A stretch of DNA of 63,321 nt, counting the filler, from Octopus bimaculoides (taxonomy: Eukaryota), in the NCBI RefSeq assembly GCF_001194135.2. It is 4 parts of 4 records of this genome, joined end to end, with 100 filler letters (N's around TTAATTAATTAA, not from the genome) between each part and the next. Parts side by side here need not be neighbours in the genome. Positions count along the whole stretch, not along the records: positions 43,552 to 58,035 come from NC_068982.1; positions 58,136 to 63,321 come from NC_068986.1; 2 more parts are not named here. One strand, 5' to 3'. How positions within the stretch are numbered: the first letter of the stretch is position 1; each line of letters starts with the position of its first letter. This document shows positions 51,890-63,000 of the stretch, one piece after another. Both the position numbers and the translations under genes were made by a program. The notes below the pieces were generated by a model. It was not told the origin of the DNA and ran no database searches. It saw only the letters and a program-made list of their open reading frames with translations.

Positions 51890-53676
51890 ATGATAAAGCT
51901 CTGTGCAAAAAAATTACCAACAACTACAGGGTTTACTGGCAATTGTAAAACTGTTCAGTGATGACATAAGGGTAGAATTTGGCCTAAATAAATGTGTAAA
52001 AAGCTACCTTTATCAAAATTCTTTCAACATTAACCCTGAACAACAGAATGCTATAAAGGAGTTAGAACCAGTGGAGAGCTACAAATACTTATGGGTATTG
52101 AAAGGTGATGGAATCAAACATTCAATGATGAGGGAAAAGATCAGAAAAGAATATTATTCCAGGGTTAAGGTAATACTCAAGACAGAACTGAATGCAAGAA
52201 ACATGATCGAAGTGATTAATGCTTTAGCCATACTGGTCATGACTTACAGTTTCAATATTATTAACTAGTCAGTTACTGAAATCTGTTGGCTTGACAGAAA
52301 AATACTAAAACTGTTAACAATGAATAGAATGCACCACCCTAAGGTAGATATTGAAGGACTATACCTGCCAAGAAAACAGGGTGGCTGTGGACTTTTACAA
52401 CTGGAATTAACAATGAACATTGTCACAATTGGCCTAAACACTTACCTGAAAAATTCTGATGACTGGATGTTAAAACTTGTCTTAAAGCATGGAAACAAGA
52501 AAACATCATACTCAGTAACAAAACAAGCAAAGAAATATCGAAGTGAATTTCAAATGCAACAAACCCCAGAAATAGATGTACTGGAAACAAGCACAGAAAA
52601 AGCTAAGCATTTGAAAACCCTTACTAGATCTTTTGCTTTAAATATTCTTACTGATAAATAGCAAGAAAAACCTCTCAGTGGCAAATACCCAAAGAGAGCT
52701 AATAATGCTGATGTTGACAAAGCTCTCACCCATCAATGGTTAGTATCTTCTGACTTAAAATCAGAGACAGATGGGTTTTAATCATAGCAGCCCAAGAAGT
52801 TACCAAGCCAACATATTAAAGAACAGCAGTATCCCAACATGTCATGTATGTAAACAACAAAATGAAACCATTGATCATGTTGTCGCCTTGTGCAGCCTTC
52901 TTGCACCTACAGAGTATCTCAACAGGCATGATAGAGCTGCACAGTATATTCACTGGGTAATTTGCAAAGACTTAGACCTGCCCCACAATTAAAACTGGTG
53001 GGAACACAAACCACCTCCAGTGCTTGAAAATGACCACATCTCAATCCTTTGGAATTTGACAGTTCAAACTGACAGAAAGATAGATGCAAATAGGCCGGAT
53101 ATTGAAGGTCTTCAGACAAAACTCATGCTTCTTCATCGATATGACTGTCTCAATCAACATAAATGTAAGTCAAGACCTACCAAAAACTGAGAAAGTATAA
53201 AGATCTTGGAATAGAAACTGGCAAAATGTGGAACCTAAAGACTGAAACAATATCTGTTGTCATAGGTGCCCTAGGACTGATAACAAAAGAGGCTGATTGC
53301 TACCTAGCTCAGATACTAGGAAATCCCAAAATGGAAGAAATTAAAAAAATAGTGCTCATGGGAACTGCCCATATCCTACGTAAAATATTGTCTATATAAT
53401 CCACAAAATATTTTAATCTGTAAACAGTAACAATATACTCTTAAATGTACATAACTGCAAACACCTTTTACTGTCATCTTATAATCAAATTATTTTAAAA
53501 TCAAATTTCTAATTTACTTGTTTTGACAGACATTCTCTAGAACAATATTCTGTGCAAAACCAAATATTTGGCACCCTAGTCTTGACACCAACTTGAACTT
53601 CTAACTGGTCTCTTGAGGTCTCTGGGTGAGACATGGAGTCAACTTCTACAAATACAAATCAAAAACCAAACATATA

Positions 53677-53721
<45 letters not shown>
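51890..53721 (+). mobile_element. R4/Dong-type LINE 3' half with 3' UTR and (AAT)n tail
   Basis: VEFGLNKC, YKYL, LYLPRKQGGCGL, KPLSGKYP, HDRAAQYIHWVIC and RPDI motifs; tail at 53676-53721. Confidence 0.9.
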
Positions 53722-54360
53722 GGTGGCGGAAGGATGAAAGATAGAGAGATGATAGGCAGAGAGTTAAAAGTTTTGAGAGTGCAGGGAGTGAGGTAAGGAT
53801 GTATAGCGACAGGAGTGTAGGTAGTCTGCATGAAATGATTCAATGGAGAGGGAGTAGTAACACAGAATAAGGGCGATCGATGGAAAATGTGAGTGAAAAG
53901 GAATAATCTAAAGAATGGGGGCAAATGTATCTTTCCTTCTCAATCAGCTTCGACAAAGGAACTGATACAGATGGAGTTCAGCCTGTTTTGACCATTGTAT
54001 AGTAGTCAATTCCACGATAAATTTTAATTGAAAGTGGTTCCAGATAGTGGGGGTGATAACTGGTAGCACAGAAAGATATGAATTATGTAGTTCTGCTCTC
54101 ATTTAATTATAGCAGCTGAAGAGTGAATTTGTTAGAAGAGTGATGAGGAGATAGGGAAGGTTTGACAATGACACATTGGCAAGGGATCCAGTTGTATATA
54201 TATACATCATGATCCAGAACCTGTTTCACCATGATGGGTAGGTTATATTGTGTTTTGCCATTCATCTCAGCTCTTGGTTATCTATGAAGCTCAAAACTCC
54301 ATCTATTTGTGTAAACTGATTTATCAGTGATATAGGAATAAAACAATAATAATAATTGGA
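53722..54360 (-). mobile_element. Very old CR1/L2/Jockey-like LINE remnant
   Basis: Weak FAPIL*IIPF..FPS and RP.SVL RT-proximal motifs; about 100 bp of it recurs at 54750-54850. Confidence 0.3.
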
Positions 54361-54470
54361 GACATAGTTACTTTTTTAAATAAATTTATTTTTACACAGT
54401 TTTCAGGATATACAAATATTTTTGTTAAAAATTCTATTTACAAAATTAACACTCAATCAAAAATTCTTAC

Positions 54471-54597
54471 CACAGTTCCTTGCACTGCTGATGTAAAAAA
54501 TGCTGCTTGGCTGAGCTTATAGGGCGTTAGACTATCTATCAAGAGGCTGCTGATTAATATACCATCATCAGCCATATACATTGCCAAGATTTTTAAC
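54471..54597 (-). CDS. Probable internal exon of an unidentified host gene
   Basis: Acceptor catttacag|G, 127 nt open in one frame ((x)LKILAMYMADDGILISSLLIDSLTPYKLSQAAFFTSAVQGTV), donor GTG|gtaaga; unique sequence. Confidence 0.6.
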
Positions 54598-55053
54598 CTG
54601 TAAATGGCTGACTTAGTCATTTTATTTAGAAATAGGTACTTTGGTGTTATTACAGTACATCATAGAAAGTAAGAATAATATTAAGTAATTAATAATAAGA
54701 GATTCATTAGCTTGCAATGCTCAGTTCAGATCTTCATATGAGCCTGAAGTATCTTTCCTTCTCAATCAGCTTTGACAAAAGAACTGATACAGATGGAGTT
54801 CAACCTGTTTTGGCTGTTGTATGGTAGACAATTCCATGATAAATTTAAAATAACACATAGCTAAAAAAGTCATGCTTGGCTCTCAAGATAAGATGATGAC
54901 TTAAAAGCTGAATAACTTCAATATATTACACTATAGATATTTTAACAACTATGAAATGCTTTTGAATAATCATGATAAAAATTTTATGTAATATTATAAA
55001 AAGTGGTTAATTATAAAAATAGATCGCACGCATGCACACACACACACACACAA

Positions 55054-55112
<59 letters not shown>

Positions 55113-55201
55113 AAACAAAATTAATTTATTCCACAAGAGTAGAAATGTAGGAAAAAATAGAAGCTGGAAATGTACTGAGAATAGTTAAAATATTTTTTTT
55201 C

Positions 55202-55347
55202 TTATATTTAAAGATTTAACTGGTCTCACAGTTTGCACTGATTTTCTAATAGTTGAAATAGAAAGTGGCAACATAGGCCACATCTTTCTATTTCAACTAT
55301 TTGAAAATCAGTGTAAACTGTGAAACCAGTTAAATTTTTAAATATAA
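55202..55347. repeat. ~146-bp foldback/MITE hairpin
   Basis: ~68-bp arms (TTATATTTAAA.ATTTAACTGGT.TCACAGTTT.CACTGATTTTC.AATAGTTGAAATAGAAAG) with a short loop. Confidence 0.85.
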
Positions 55348-55403
55348 TAAAGAGACATTTTAACTACTCTCAGTGCATTTTCAACTTCTATTTATACTAT
55401 ATA

Positions 55404-56241
55404 TTGGGTCATCCCATAAATAATGCGTTTTTTTCGATTGCATGAACTAAAAGTCAGAGAGGGACCAGATAAACTAAATGCATCAACTTGTTATAAAAGC
55501 AGGTAGTAATTTTAACAGTTATTTTTTCAAAGCTATAATGGAAGTGACAAAGGAGAATATTCAGCATATTTTGCTTTATGAGTTCAATAAATGCAACAAT
55601 GCAATGGAATGTGCGAGGAATATTAATGCAGTATATGGGGATCGGACAATAAGCGTAAGCCAGTGTCAATGAAGGTTCCAGAAATTTCGAGCCAGAAACT
55701 ACAGCCTAGAAGATGAACCTTGTCCTGGAAGATCTGTACAGCTTGATGAAGACATCCTGCAAAAACTCTGGTGGAACAAAATCCCATTGTAACTGTTGAG
55801 GAACTACCAGAGAAGCTTGCATTTGGTCATTCTACCATTCATTGACACCAGCACACAAAGAAAAACGACCATCTTTGGTTTCAAGACAAAAGATGTTCTT
55901 TCATTAGGATAATGCTCAGCCACATACTGTGAGGATGATGTTCCAAAGGCTGGAGCAGTTTGAATGGGAAATGATGCCCCACCCATTTATTCTTCAATCT
56001 TCAAAATCATTTGGACGGAAAAAAATATGAATTCTGTAGAGGAGGTCAGAACAGTACTTGAGGAGTATTTTTCATCATGGACAAGTGAATTTTGGAAGAG
56101 GGGCCTTGCAAGTCTACTAGATAGATGGAAGAGCATTGTGGAAAATGAAGGAGAGTATTTTTGTGATTGAAAAGAACTTTGTTTATCTTAATTTTGAAAA
56201 ATGAAAGAAGTGCAAAAAAAACGCATTATGGGATGACCCTA
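55404..56241 (+). mobile_element. Internally deleted mariner (same family as the 37991 and 61136 copies)
   Basis: TA-TTGGGTCATCCCATAAATAATGCG ... CGCATTATGGGATGACCC-TA; two deletions; many CpG->TpG/CpA changes. Confidence 0.92.
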
Positions 56242-56415
56242 TATATATATATATATGCATATAAAGGCACACACAAAATACATATAAATGTATGAATATA
56301 TTTATCCAATATGTGTTTTTGATTTTGATGAAATGTTCAAAATCAAAAACATTAACTATTGATGGGATTTATTAATTTTCTTTTACATTCACAAGCAAAT
56401 ATAATATTTAGCTTG

Positions 56416-56644
56416 TTATACTTCAGTAGCTTCAACATCTAGATCAGGATCTGGATTATAATAAGGAGTCATAGAATTATTGTTTGCCCTATTCATTTCT
56501 GCATCACGTTCTTTGATAACACTGTCCAGATCTAATTTGGAGTTGTCTTCTGGCATTGAATATGTTGGGTCATCATCAAAGTTGTTAAAATTGTCTGGTG
56601 CAGCATTGATATTTTTATGATACATACCATCAAATTTGTTCAAA
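56416..56644 (-). CDS. Probable terminal coding exon ending in a class I PDZ-binding motif (ATEV*)
   Basis: Strong acceptor (ttttcatcttatttcttatattatag|T) with a branch-like ttaac upstream. The only open frame reads LNKFDGMYHKNINAAPDNFNNFDDDPTYSMPEDNSKLDLDSVIKERDAEMNRANNNSMTPYYNPDPDLDVEATEV*. Confidence 0.65.
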
Positions 56645-56714
56645 CTATAATATAAGAAATAAGATGAAAATATGTTAATAGATTAAAACCACAGATGTCA
56701 TACTTCTCATGTAA

Positions 56715-56887
56715 CATGTTGGTAGCATGTAAAATGCACCCACTACACTCTCAGAATGGTTGGTGTTAAGAAGGGCATCCAGCTGGAAAAACTTTGCCAG
56801 ATCAGATTGGAGCCTGGTGCAGCCTTCTAGCTTGCCAGTCCTCAGTCAAATCGTCCAACCCATGCCAGCATGGAATGATGATGATGA
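56715..56887 (+). mobile_element. Family D element, CpG-depleted
   Basis: Matches 43552-43767 with CG->TG/CA changes; (GAT)n tail. Confidence 0.85.
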
Positions 56888-57042
56888 TATATATGTACAT
56901 GCATGTATATGTGTATGCATGGATGTTCAACACTGAATTTATTACTATAAAAGAAGGGTGTAAAATAGCCATAACCCTAAGGATATCAAATGGTTATCTC
57001 ATACTTCCTGACTTTCTATGATATATATATATATATACATAC

Positions 57043-57073
<31 letters not shown>

Positions 57074-57288
57074 GATAGATAAACAAGAGTGGAAAAACTA
57101 CAGAAGGCTTGTGTTACATGGTTAAAGTATATATTTAAATTGTTATGTCAGAAAAATGTTATAAAATTTTGGGTATATAAACATTGTATTTGAAGAAATA
57201 ACTGGTTTTGTGTTGTCTTTTCAAATTTCTCTACTTGTATCGTAACATGTCTTCGCTCCCGTGTGTAACAAACACACATATATTTATA

Positions 57289-57770
57289 TAGGGTGCGATG
57301 AGTAAATCATCGCCATTTTATATTTCTAATTTTGTACATGTGCATTGTTTGATTTTGATTTTGTCAACTACAAAGTATAGTAGGGTCAATTGGGCGCCAT
57401 CTGCAAGAAAAACAGCACCGTAACACTATTCACTCAACCAGAAATTTGGAAATGACATGCTATACTGCTTGGTATTTGTGCTGGAAGCTTTGGATTCCCA
57501 AGTTTTCATTATTGTGATTGCTTTTGGCGATTTTTATAAGTGACTTTTTGCGACCAATAATTTTGTTCGATAAGAATTTTTGTAATTTAGAAATTAATTT
57601 TGAGAATAATCAAAATTAATTGCAAAATCCAGCGATTATTTTCAGTGATTTTTTGTGATGAATATGATCATCATTGAGATATGACTCTGGAGGAAGCAAT
57701 TGCAACAATTTCTCCAAAAACAAGTCAGAGATCTGTTCGCAGATCTTCCCATTTAGGGTCAGTAGCTTAA
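57289..57770. mobile_element. Possible Tc1/mariner-like remnant
   Basis: TA-(T)AGGGTGCGATGAGTAAATCATCGCC resembles a Tc1/mariner terminus; no partner TIR was found. Confidence 0.3.
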
Positions 57771-57806
57771 AAGATAGTGTGTGTATGTACATATATACAT
57801 ACATAC

Positions 57807-57837
<31 letters not shown>

Positions 57838-57842
57838 CATAC

Positions 57843-57905
<63 letters not shown>

Positions 57906-58135
57906 CGTGTGTGCGTGTGAGTAAAAATAAATACAAAAAAAGAGGGTTTTGTATGATCGTGTATAGAGGTATATATTATTTTATTAAAAGAGTTCCAACT
58001 CTGTCTGTTTTTTTATGTTTTATTTATATTCTTGTNNNNNNNNNNNNNNNNNNNNNNNNNNNNNNNNNNNNNNNNNNNNTTAATTAATTAANNNNNNNNN
58101 NNNNNNNNNNNNNNNNNNNNNNNNNNNNNNNNNNN

Positions 58136-58318
58136 TTAAAGCAAACACATAATTTTCTTATGGTTTCTTAAACATTCACTTGAACAAAACTGTACAAATA
58201 CAAATATATGGTACCCTAGGCATAACACCTACATGAACTTCTAACTTGTTGTCTCTTGAGGTCTCTGGGTGAGACTTGGATCCAACTTGTACAAATGCAA
58301 AACAAAAGTCAAACATAA

Positions 58319-58405
<87 letters not shown>
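58136..58405 (+). mobile_element. R4/Dong-type 3' UTR fragment with long (AAT)n tail
   Basis: CTCTTGAGGTCTCTGGGTGAGAC...CAAACAT matches 53610-53675; tail at 58318-58405. Confidence 0.8.
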
Positions 58406-58406
<1 letters not shown>

Positions 58407-59409
58407 TTGCTTTTCTTGTCATTTTTATTATCAACTTATCAAATGTCTTTTTATACATCAACCTATTTTCCATTACTACACTCCTATATATTTTTTCTTA
58501 TTATTATCGTTGTTCTGTCATAAATAAAATAGGCGCAACTAATTTATGACCAGATCATCTAACCTTGACGTCGCGTATTCTGAAGTTTTCTACCTTATTG
58601 TTCAGATCACTTGACGAAAACTGAATTACAGATGAAAAAAGATACATTAACGACAATGCCGTGGTAGCGCTAATAGTACAGCCAACAACAGGGGGTCTAC
58701 ATAGTAAAAGTGTCTTGTGACTATATCATTTAAATGGCTGCTAACGTATCGCCGCAACATAGCTGCCTTTAGAGCTTCCCTTCGGATATAAGATTTCAAC
58801 GAATAGACGGGTTTAGATTCTTTATATATACCCGTAAAGAAAATATGTTATACAATGAGCTCAATACTTGAGTCAACATCAGTGATTAACCAAAATTAAT
58901 TCACAGACACATAGAAAATTACTAAGTAGTCACGTTTATACATATCTAACAAACTAAGTAATCTTTATCATTAGTTCTAGACGAAATGAAATGTTCTAGA
59001 CCTGATAGGCCGGTGGGTAACTTGTATTTAGTTACATACGTTCTGGGTTCTAATCCCTCCAATTCAACCAAGTTTTCGATCAGTCAGTGATTTCACTGTG
59101 TTCTCAGAATAGAATTCTTCATGATTAATTTTTTTGTCTTAATTATCGAACCTGTATTTAACACTTAGTAGAAGATTATTATTGTAGAATTTAACACTTA
59201 GTACAAAATATTTATCCATTCCTAAAATGTTATTTCACTCAGTTTGATGTAAAGTGTATCAATTCTCAAAGATCAACATTTTACAATCTATATACAAATA
59301 TCTAATTGCATGCTCTACAATTTAAAATAAGACCCTTATGCTCCATGCACATGCAAATACATGCACACATATACACACATGCATATACATATATACACAC
59401 ATACATACA

Positions 59410-59881
59410 TCCGCTGACCAGCGGATATTAACATAAAGTTGAAGATCAGTGAAAAAGAGGACACCTATGCTGAACTATTGAGAAATCTGCAGTTATTCTA
59501 TCCAAATTACAAGTTCAGGTTTATACCTGTAATTATTGGGGCCCTATGATATGTAACACACTGCCCAAATATCAATCTTGAGAAATTAGGCTTCTCAAAA
59601 CCAGAAATCTAATTCGAAGACTACAGATCCAATCCATCAATGGAACTGTAAAAATCTGTAAAACTTTCCAGAAGTTTATCATTTAAATATATATGAGCAT
59701 GTCTAGATATGTAACTACATGCATGAGAGTACATACATAAAACATACAAAGATGCACATACATACATACATACATACATACATACATACATACATACATA
59801 CATACATACATGCATACATACATATATATACATATATACATACATACATACATACATACATACATACATACATACATACAT
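59410..59881 (+). mobile_element. 5'-truncated RLE-type LINE end flanked by (CATA)n
   Basis: NIKLKISEKEDTYAELLRNLQLFYPNYKFRFIPVIIGAL...LIRRLQIQSINGTVKICKTF*, then a short UTR and a (CATA)n tail; (CATA)-like repeats also precede it. Confidence 0.7.
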
Positions 59882-59981
59882 TGTTGTTGGCNNNNNNNNN
59901 NNNNNNNNNNNNNNNNNNNNNNNNNNNNNNNNNNNNNNNNNNNNNNNNNNNNNNNNNNNNNNNNNNNNNNNNNNNNNNNNN

Positions 59982-60246
59982 GGGGATATTCAGCGTGACA
60001 CAGTGTGACATGGCTGGCCCTTTGAAATACAGGTACAACAGAAACAGGAAGAAAGAGTGAGAGAAAGTTGTGGTGAAAGAGTACAGCAGGGTTCGTCACC
60101 ACTCCCTGCCGGAGCCTCGTGGAGCTTTAGGTGTTTTCGCTCAATAAACACTCACAACGCCCGGTCTGGGAATCGAAACCGCGATCCTATGACCGCGATC
60201 CTATGACCGCGAGTCCGCTGCCCTAACCACTGGGTCATTGCGCCTC
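59982..60246 (-). mobile_element. SINE family C
   Basis: Reverse complement begins GAGGCGCAATGACCCAGTGGTTAGGGCAGCGG (A box) with GGTTTCGATTCCC (B box); 14-bp internal tandem duplication near 60180-60210. Confidence 0.9.
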
Positions 60247-60413
60247 CTCATACATACATACATACATACATACATACATACATACATACATAAAAGCAAA
60301 AATACCCTGTTGTTGATGTTGAAATTCCAATGAAGGAACCTTTGATCGAGGTTAGAAACCGGTTCTTTCTTTATTGGCAACATACATACATACATACATA
60401 CATAAAATGTGTC

Positions 60414-60505
60414 CTGCACTTTTTGCTACTCTGAAAGTAAGTCTTGCACATCCCCAAAATTTTCCGCAAATGCGTACCGTATTTTCATAGTAGCAAAAAG
60501 TGCAG
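60414..60505. repeat. Small inverted-repeat element
   Basis: CTGCACTTTTTGCTACT(C/A)TGAAA is inverted (23 bp, 1 mismatch) around a ~46-bp spacer. Confidence 0.75.
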
Positions 60506-61135
60506 CCTATACTGAGTTGAGAAAACAATTATCTTAAGAAATTCTTTTCAGCTGTACACCTACCTAAATTGCCGAGGCGATTGTTTCAGCCAGTGCCCTC
60601 ATGAAAGAATATACATGTTGGCTTACCTACGAACCCCACCATCATTATAAACGTTAGGGCCGCAATCACATCAAACCATGCACAAATGGATACACATACG
60701 CACATGCACCCAGAAATGGGTGCATATTGTCTACCCACCTAAAACCCCTTCAAAAAACTCTTCGCACCTATCAGCCGTGCAAACATATCAATTCTGCACA
60801 TATACTAACCCTTTCAACTCTATCCTACCCCCATTTTACATGCATATTTATCCACCAAACTTTTGCTGCATCACAATTTGGTTGGGGTAGTAGGGTCAAG
60901 GAACATAAATCCTTCGCTTGATAAATTTCTTTGTTACTTGTCACCCGCTACTTCTTTTCGTCTTTTTCACAGCACCCACAAACCAGATGTGACACTTCTT
61001 CACCTCCAGTAACAAAGAACAGCCGTCATATGATTCTATACCTGCTATCTCTAACGAGCATATGAATAACCGTCCAGTTACCCAATATCCGGTGCGAAAC
61101 AGATTAGTAAGATTGGCTATAACGAATCTCAAATA

Positions 61136-61904
61136 TTGGGTCATCACATAAATAATGCGTTTTTTTCAATTGCATGAACTAAAAAATCGGAGAGAAGCGG
61201 GATAAACTACCTGTATCAACTTGCTATAAAAGCAGATAATAATTTTAGCTTAGTGCAAGTTTTGAAGAGCGCAGTTTGATTTTAACAGTTATTTTTTCAA
61301 AGCTATAATGGAAGTGACAAAGGAGCATATTTGGCATATTTTGCTTTATGAGATCAATAAAGGAAAGAACGCAACGGAAAATGCGAGGAATATTAATCCA
61401 GTATGTGGGGATCGAACAATAAGCGTAAACCAGTGTCAACGGTGGTTCCAGAAATTCCGAGCCGGAAACTACAGCCTAGAAGACAAGCGTTATCCTGAAA
61501 GATCTGTAGAGCTCAACAAGGACGTCCTGCAAGCCCTGGTGGAACAAAATCCCATCGTAACTTTTGTAGAACTAGTAGAAAAGCTTGGGTTTGGTCATTC
61601 AACCATTCATCGACACGTGCGTGCCATCGGAAAAGTCAGCAAATTGTGACAATGGGTTCTCTATAAAAATGCCAAGCGTCGAAGACAGTGGGTAGAAAAA
61701 GAAGAAACACCGGCACCCCAGGCTAAAGAAGGTCTTCACCCACTTAAGGTATTGTTATTTGTTTGGTGGAATATGAAAAGTTTAGTCCACTGAACCCAAA
61801 CCAAACAATAACAAAGGAGATCTATTGCGAGCAGCCCGAGCGGCTTAAGTCAGCGCTAGAAGGAAAACGACCATCTTTGGTTTCAAGACGTAAGGTGTTC
61901 TTCC
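61136..61904 (+). mobile_element. Mariner (same family), right end in gap
   Basis: TA-TTGGGTCATCACATAAATAATGCG; MEVTKEHIWHILLYE..QRWFQKFRAGNYSLED; deletion between the WV and YKN motifs. Confidence 0.92.
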
Positions 61905-62813
61905 NNNNNNNNNNNNNNNNNNNNNNNNNNNNNNNNNNNNNNNNNNNNNNNNNNNNNNNNNNNNNNNNNNNNNNNNNNNNNNNNNNNNNNNNNNNNNNNN
62001 NNNNNNNNNNNNNNNNNNNNNNNNNNNNNNNNNNNNNNNNNNNNNNNNNNNNNNNNNNNNNNNNNNNNNNNNNNNNNNNNNNNNNNNNNNNNNNNNNNNN
62101 NNNNNNNNNNNNNNNNNNNNNNNNNNNNNNNNNNNNNNNNNNNNNNNNNNNNNNNNNNNNNNNNNNNNNNNNNNNNNNNNNNNNNNNNNNNNNNNNNNNN
62201 NNNNNNNNNNNNNNNNNNNNNNNNNNNNNNNNNNNNNNNNNNNNNNNNNNNNNNNNNNNNNNNNNNNNNNNNNNNNNNNNNNNNNNNNNNNNNNNNNNNN
62301 NNNNTGTGTGTGTGTCTGTCTGTCTGTTCATGTAGAATATTTGACATGACATAAAGCAAGACACTGACAATAGTTGTCTATTTTAACTCTTTTGTCACAT
62401 CGTCATCGGGGATGATAAATATTTATTGCTTTGAGGTGTTTACAATATTTAGAGATGTTTACAATAAAAATGATATAAAGATAGCTAATTGCTAAATGAA
62501 ATCTGTTCAAAATCCCTATCATGGATTAATATGTGAACATTGTCAACAATAACAATATTATAAATGCAAACCTTACTTCATTTTTTTTTTTAAGGGGAAA
62601 TAAATGTAACAGTAATTGGCGAAAAATCAGAAGACCTGGCAGTAGACATGAAACTGTCTGCAATATGTTGTTTTGGAATTTTGTCTGAACTTGAGAGACA
62701 AAAGAACACAATTTGTCTGCCATTTATATTATGACCAACCTCAAGCTATTTTCAACTTTTGGTTAACTCTTCTTTCACACAGCATTTTATAACTGAAAAT
62801 CCATAGTTCTTTC

Positions 62814-62818
<5 letters not shown>

Positions 62819-62850
<32 letters not shown>

Positions 62851-62964
62851 ACACCCCCACACAAAACACACACACACGCACACACACACACATACATACA
62901 TATACACAAACGCACTCTCATGTACACATCCACACACATACATATATAAATGTATATTAAAGTG

Positions 62965-62996
<32 letters not shown>

Positions 62997-63000
62997 AAGT
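62819..63000. repeat. (CA)n/(TA)n compound microsatellite
   Basis: Visible directly. Confidence 0.9.

Noticed and set aside
53927-54850. ~100-bp direct repeat at 53927-54026 and 54750-54850, considered as a duplicated exon
   Set aside because: There is no consistent open frame with splice sites, and it appears to be part of an old LINE remnant.
62590-62679. Minus-strand acceptor followed by SDKIPKQHIADSFMSTA
   Set aside because: The only phase-compatible donor (GTCTTC) is far from consensus.
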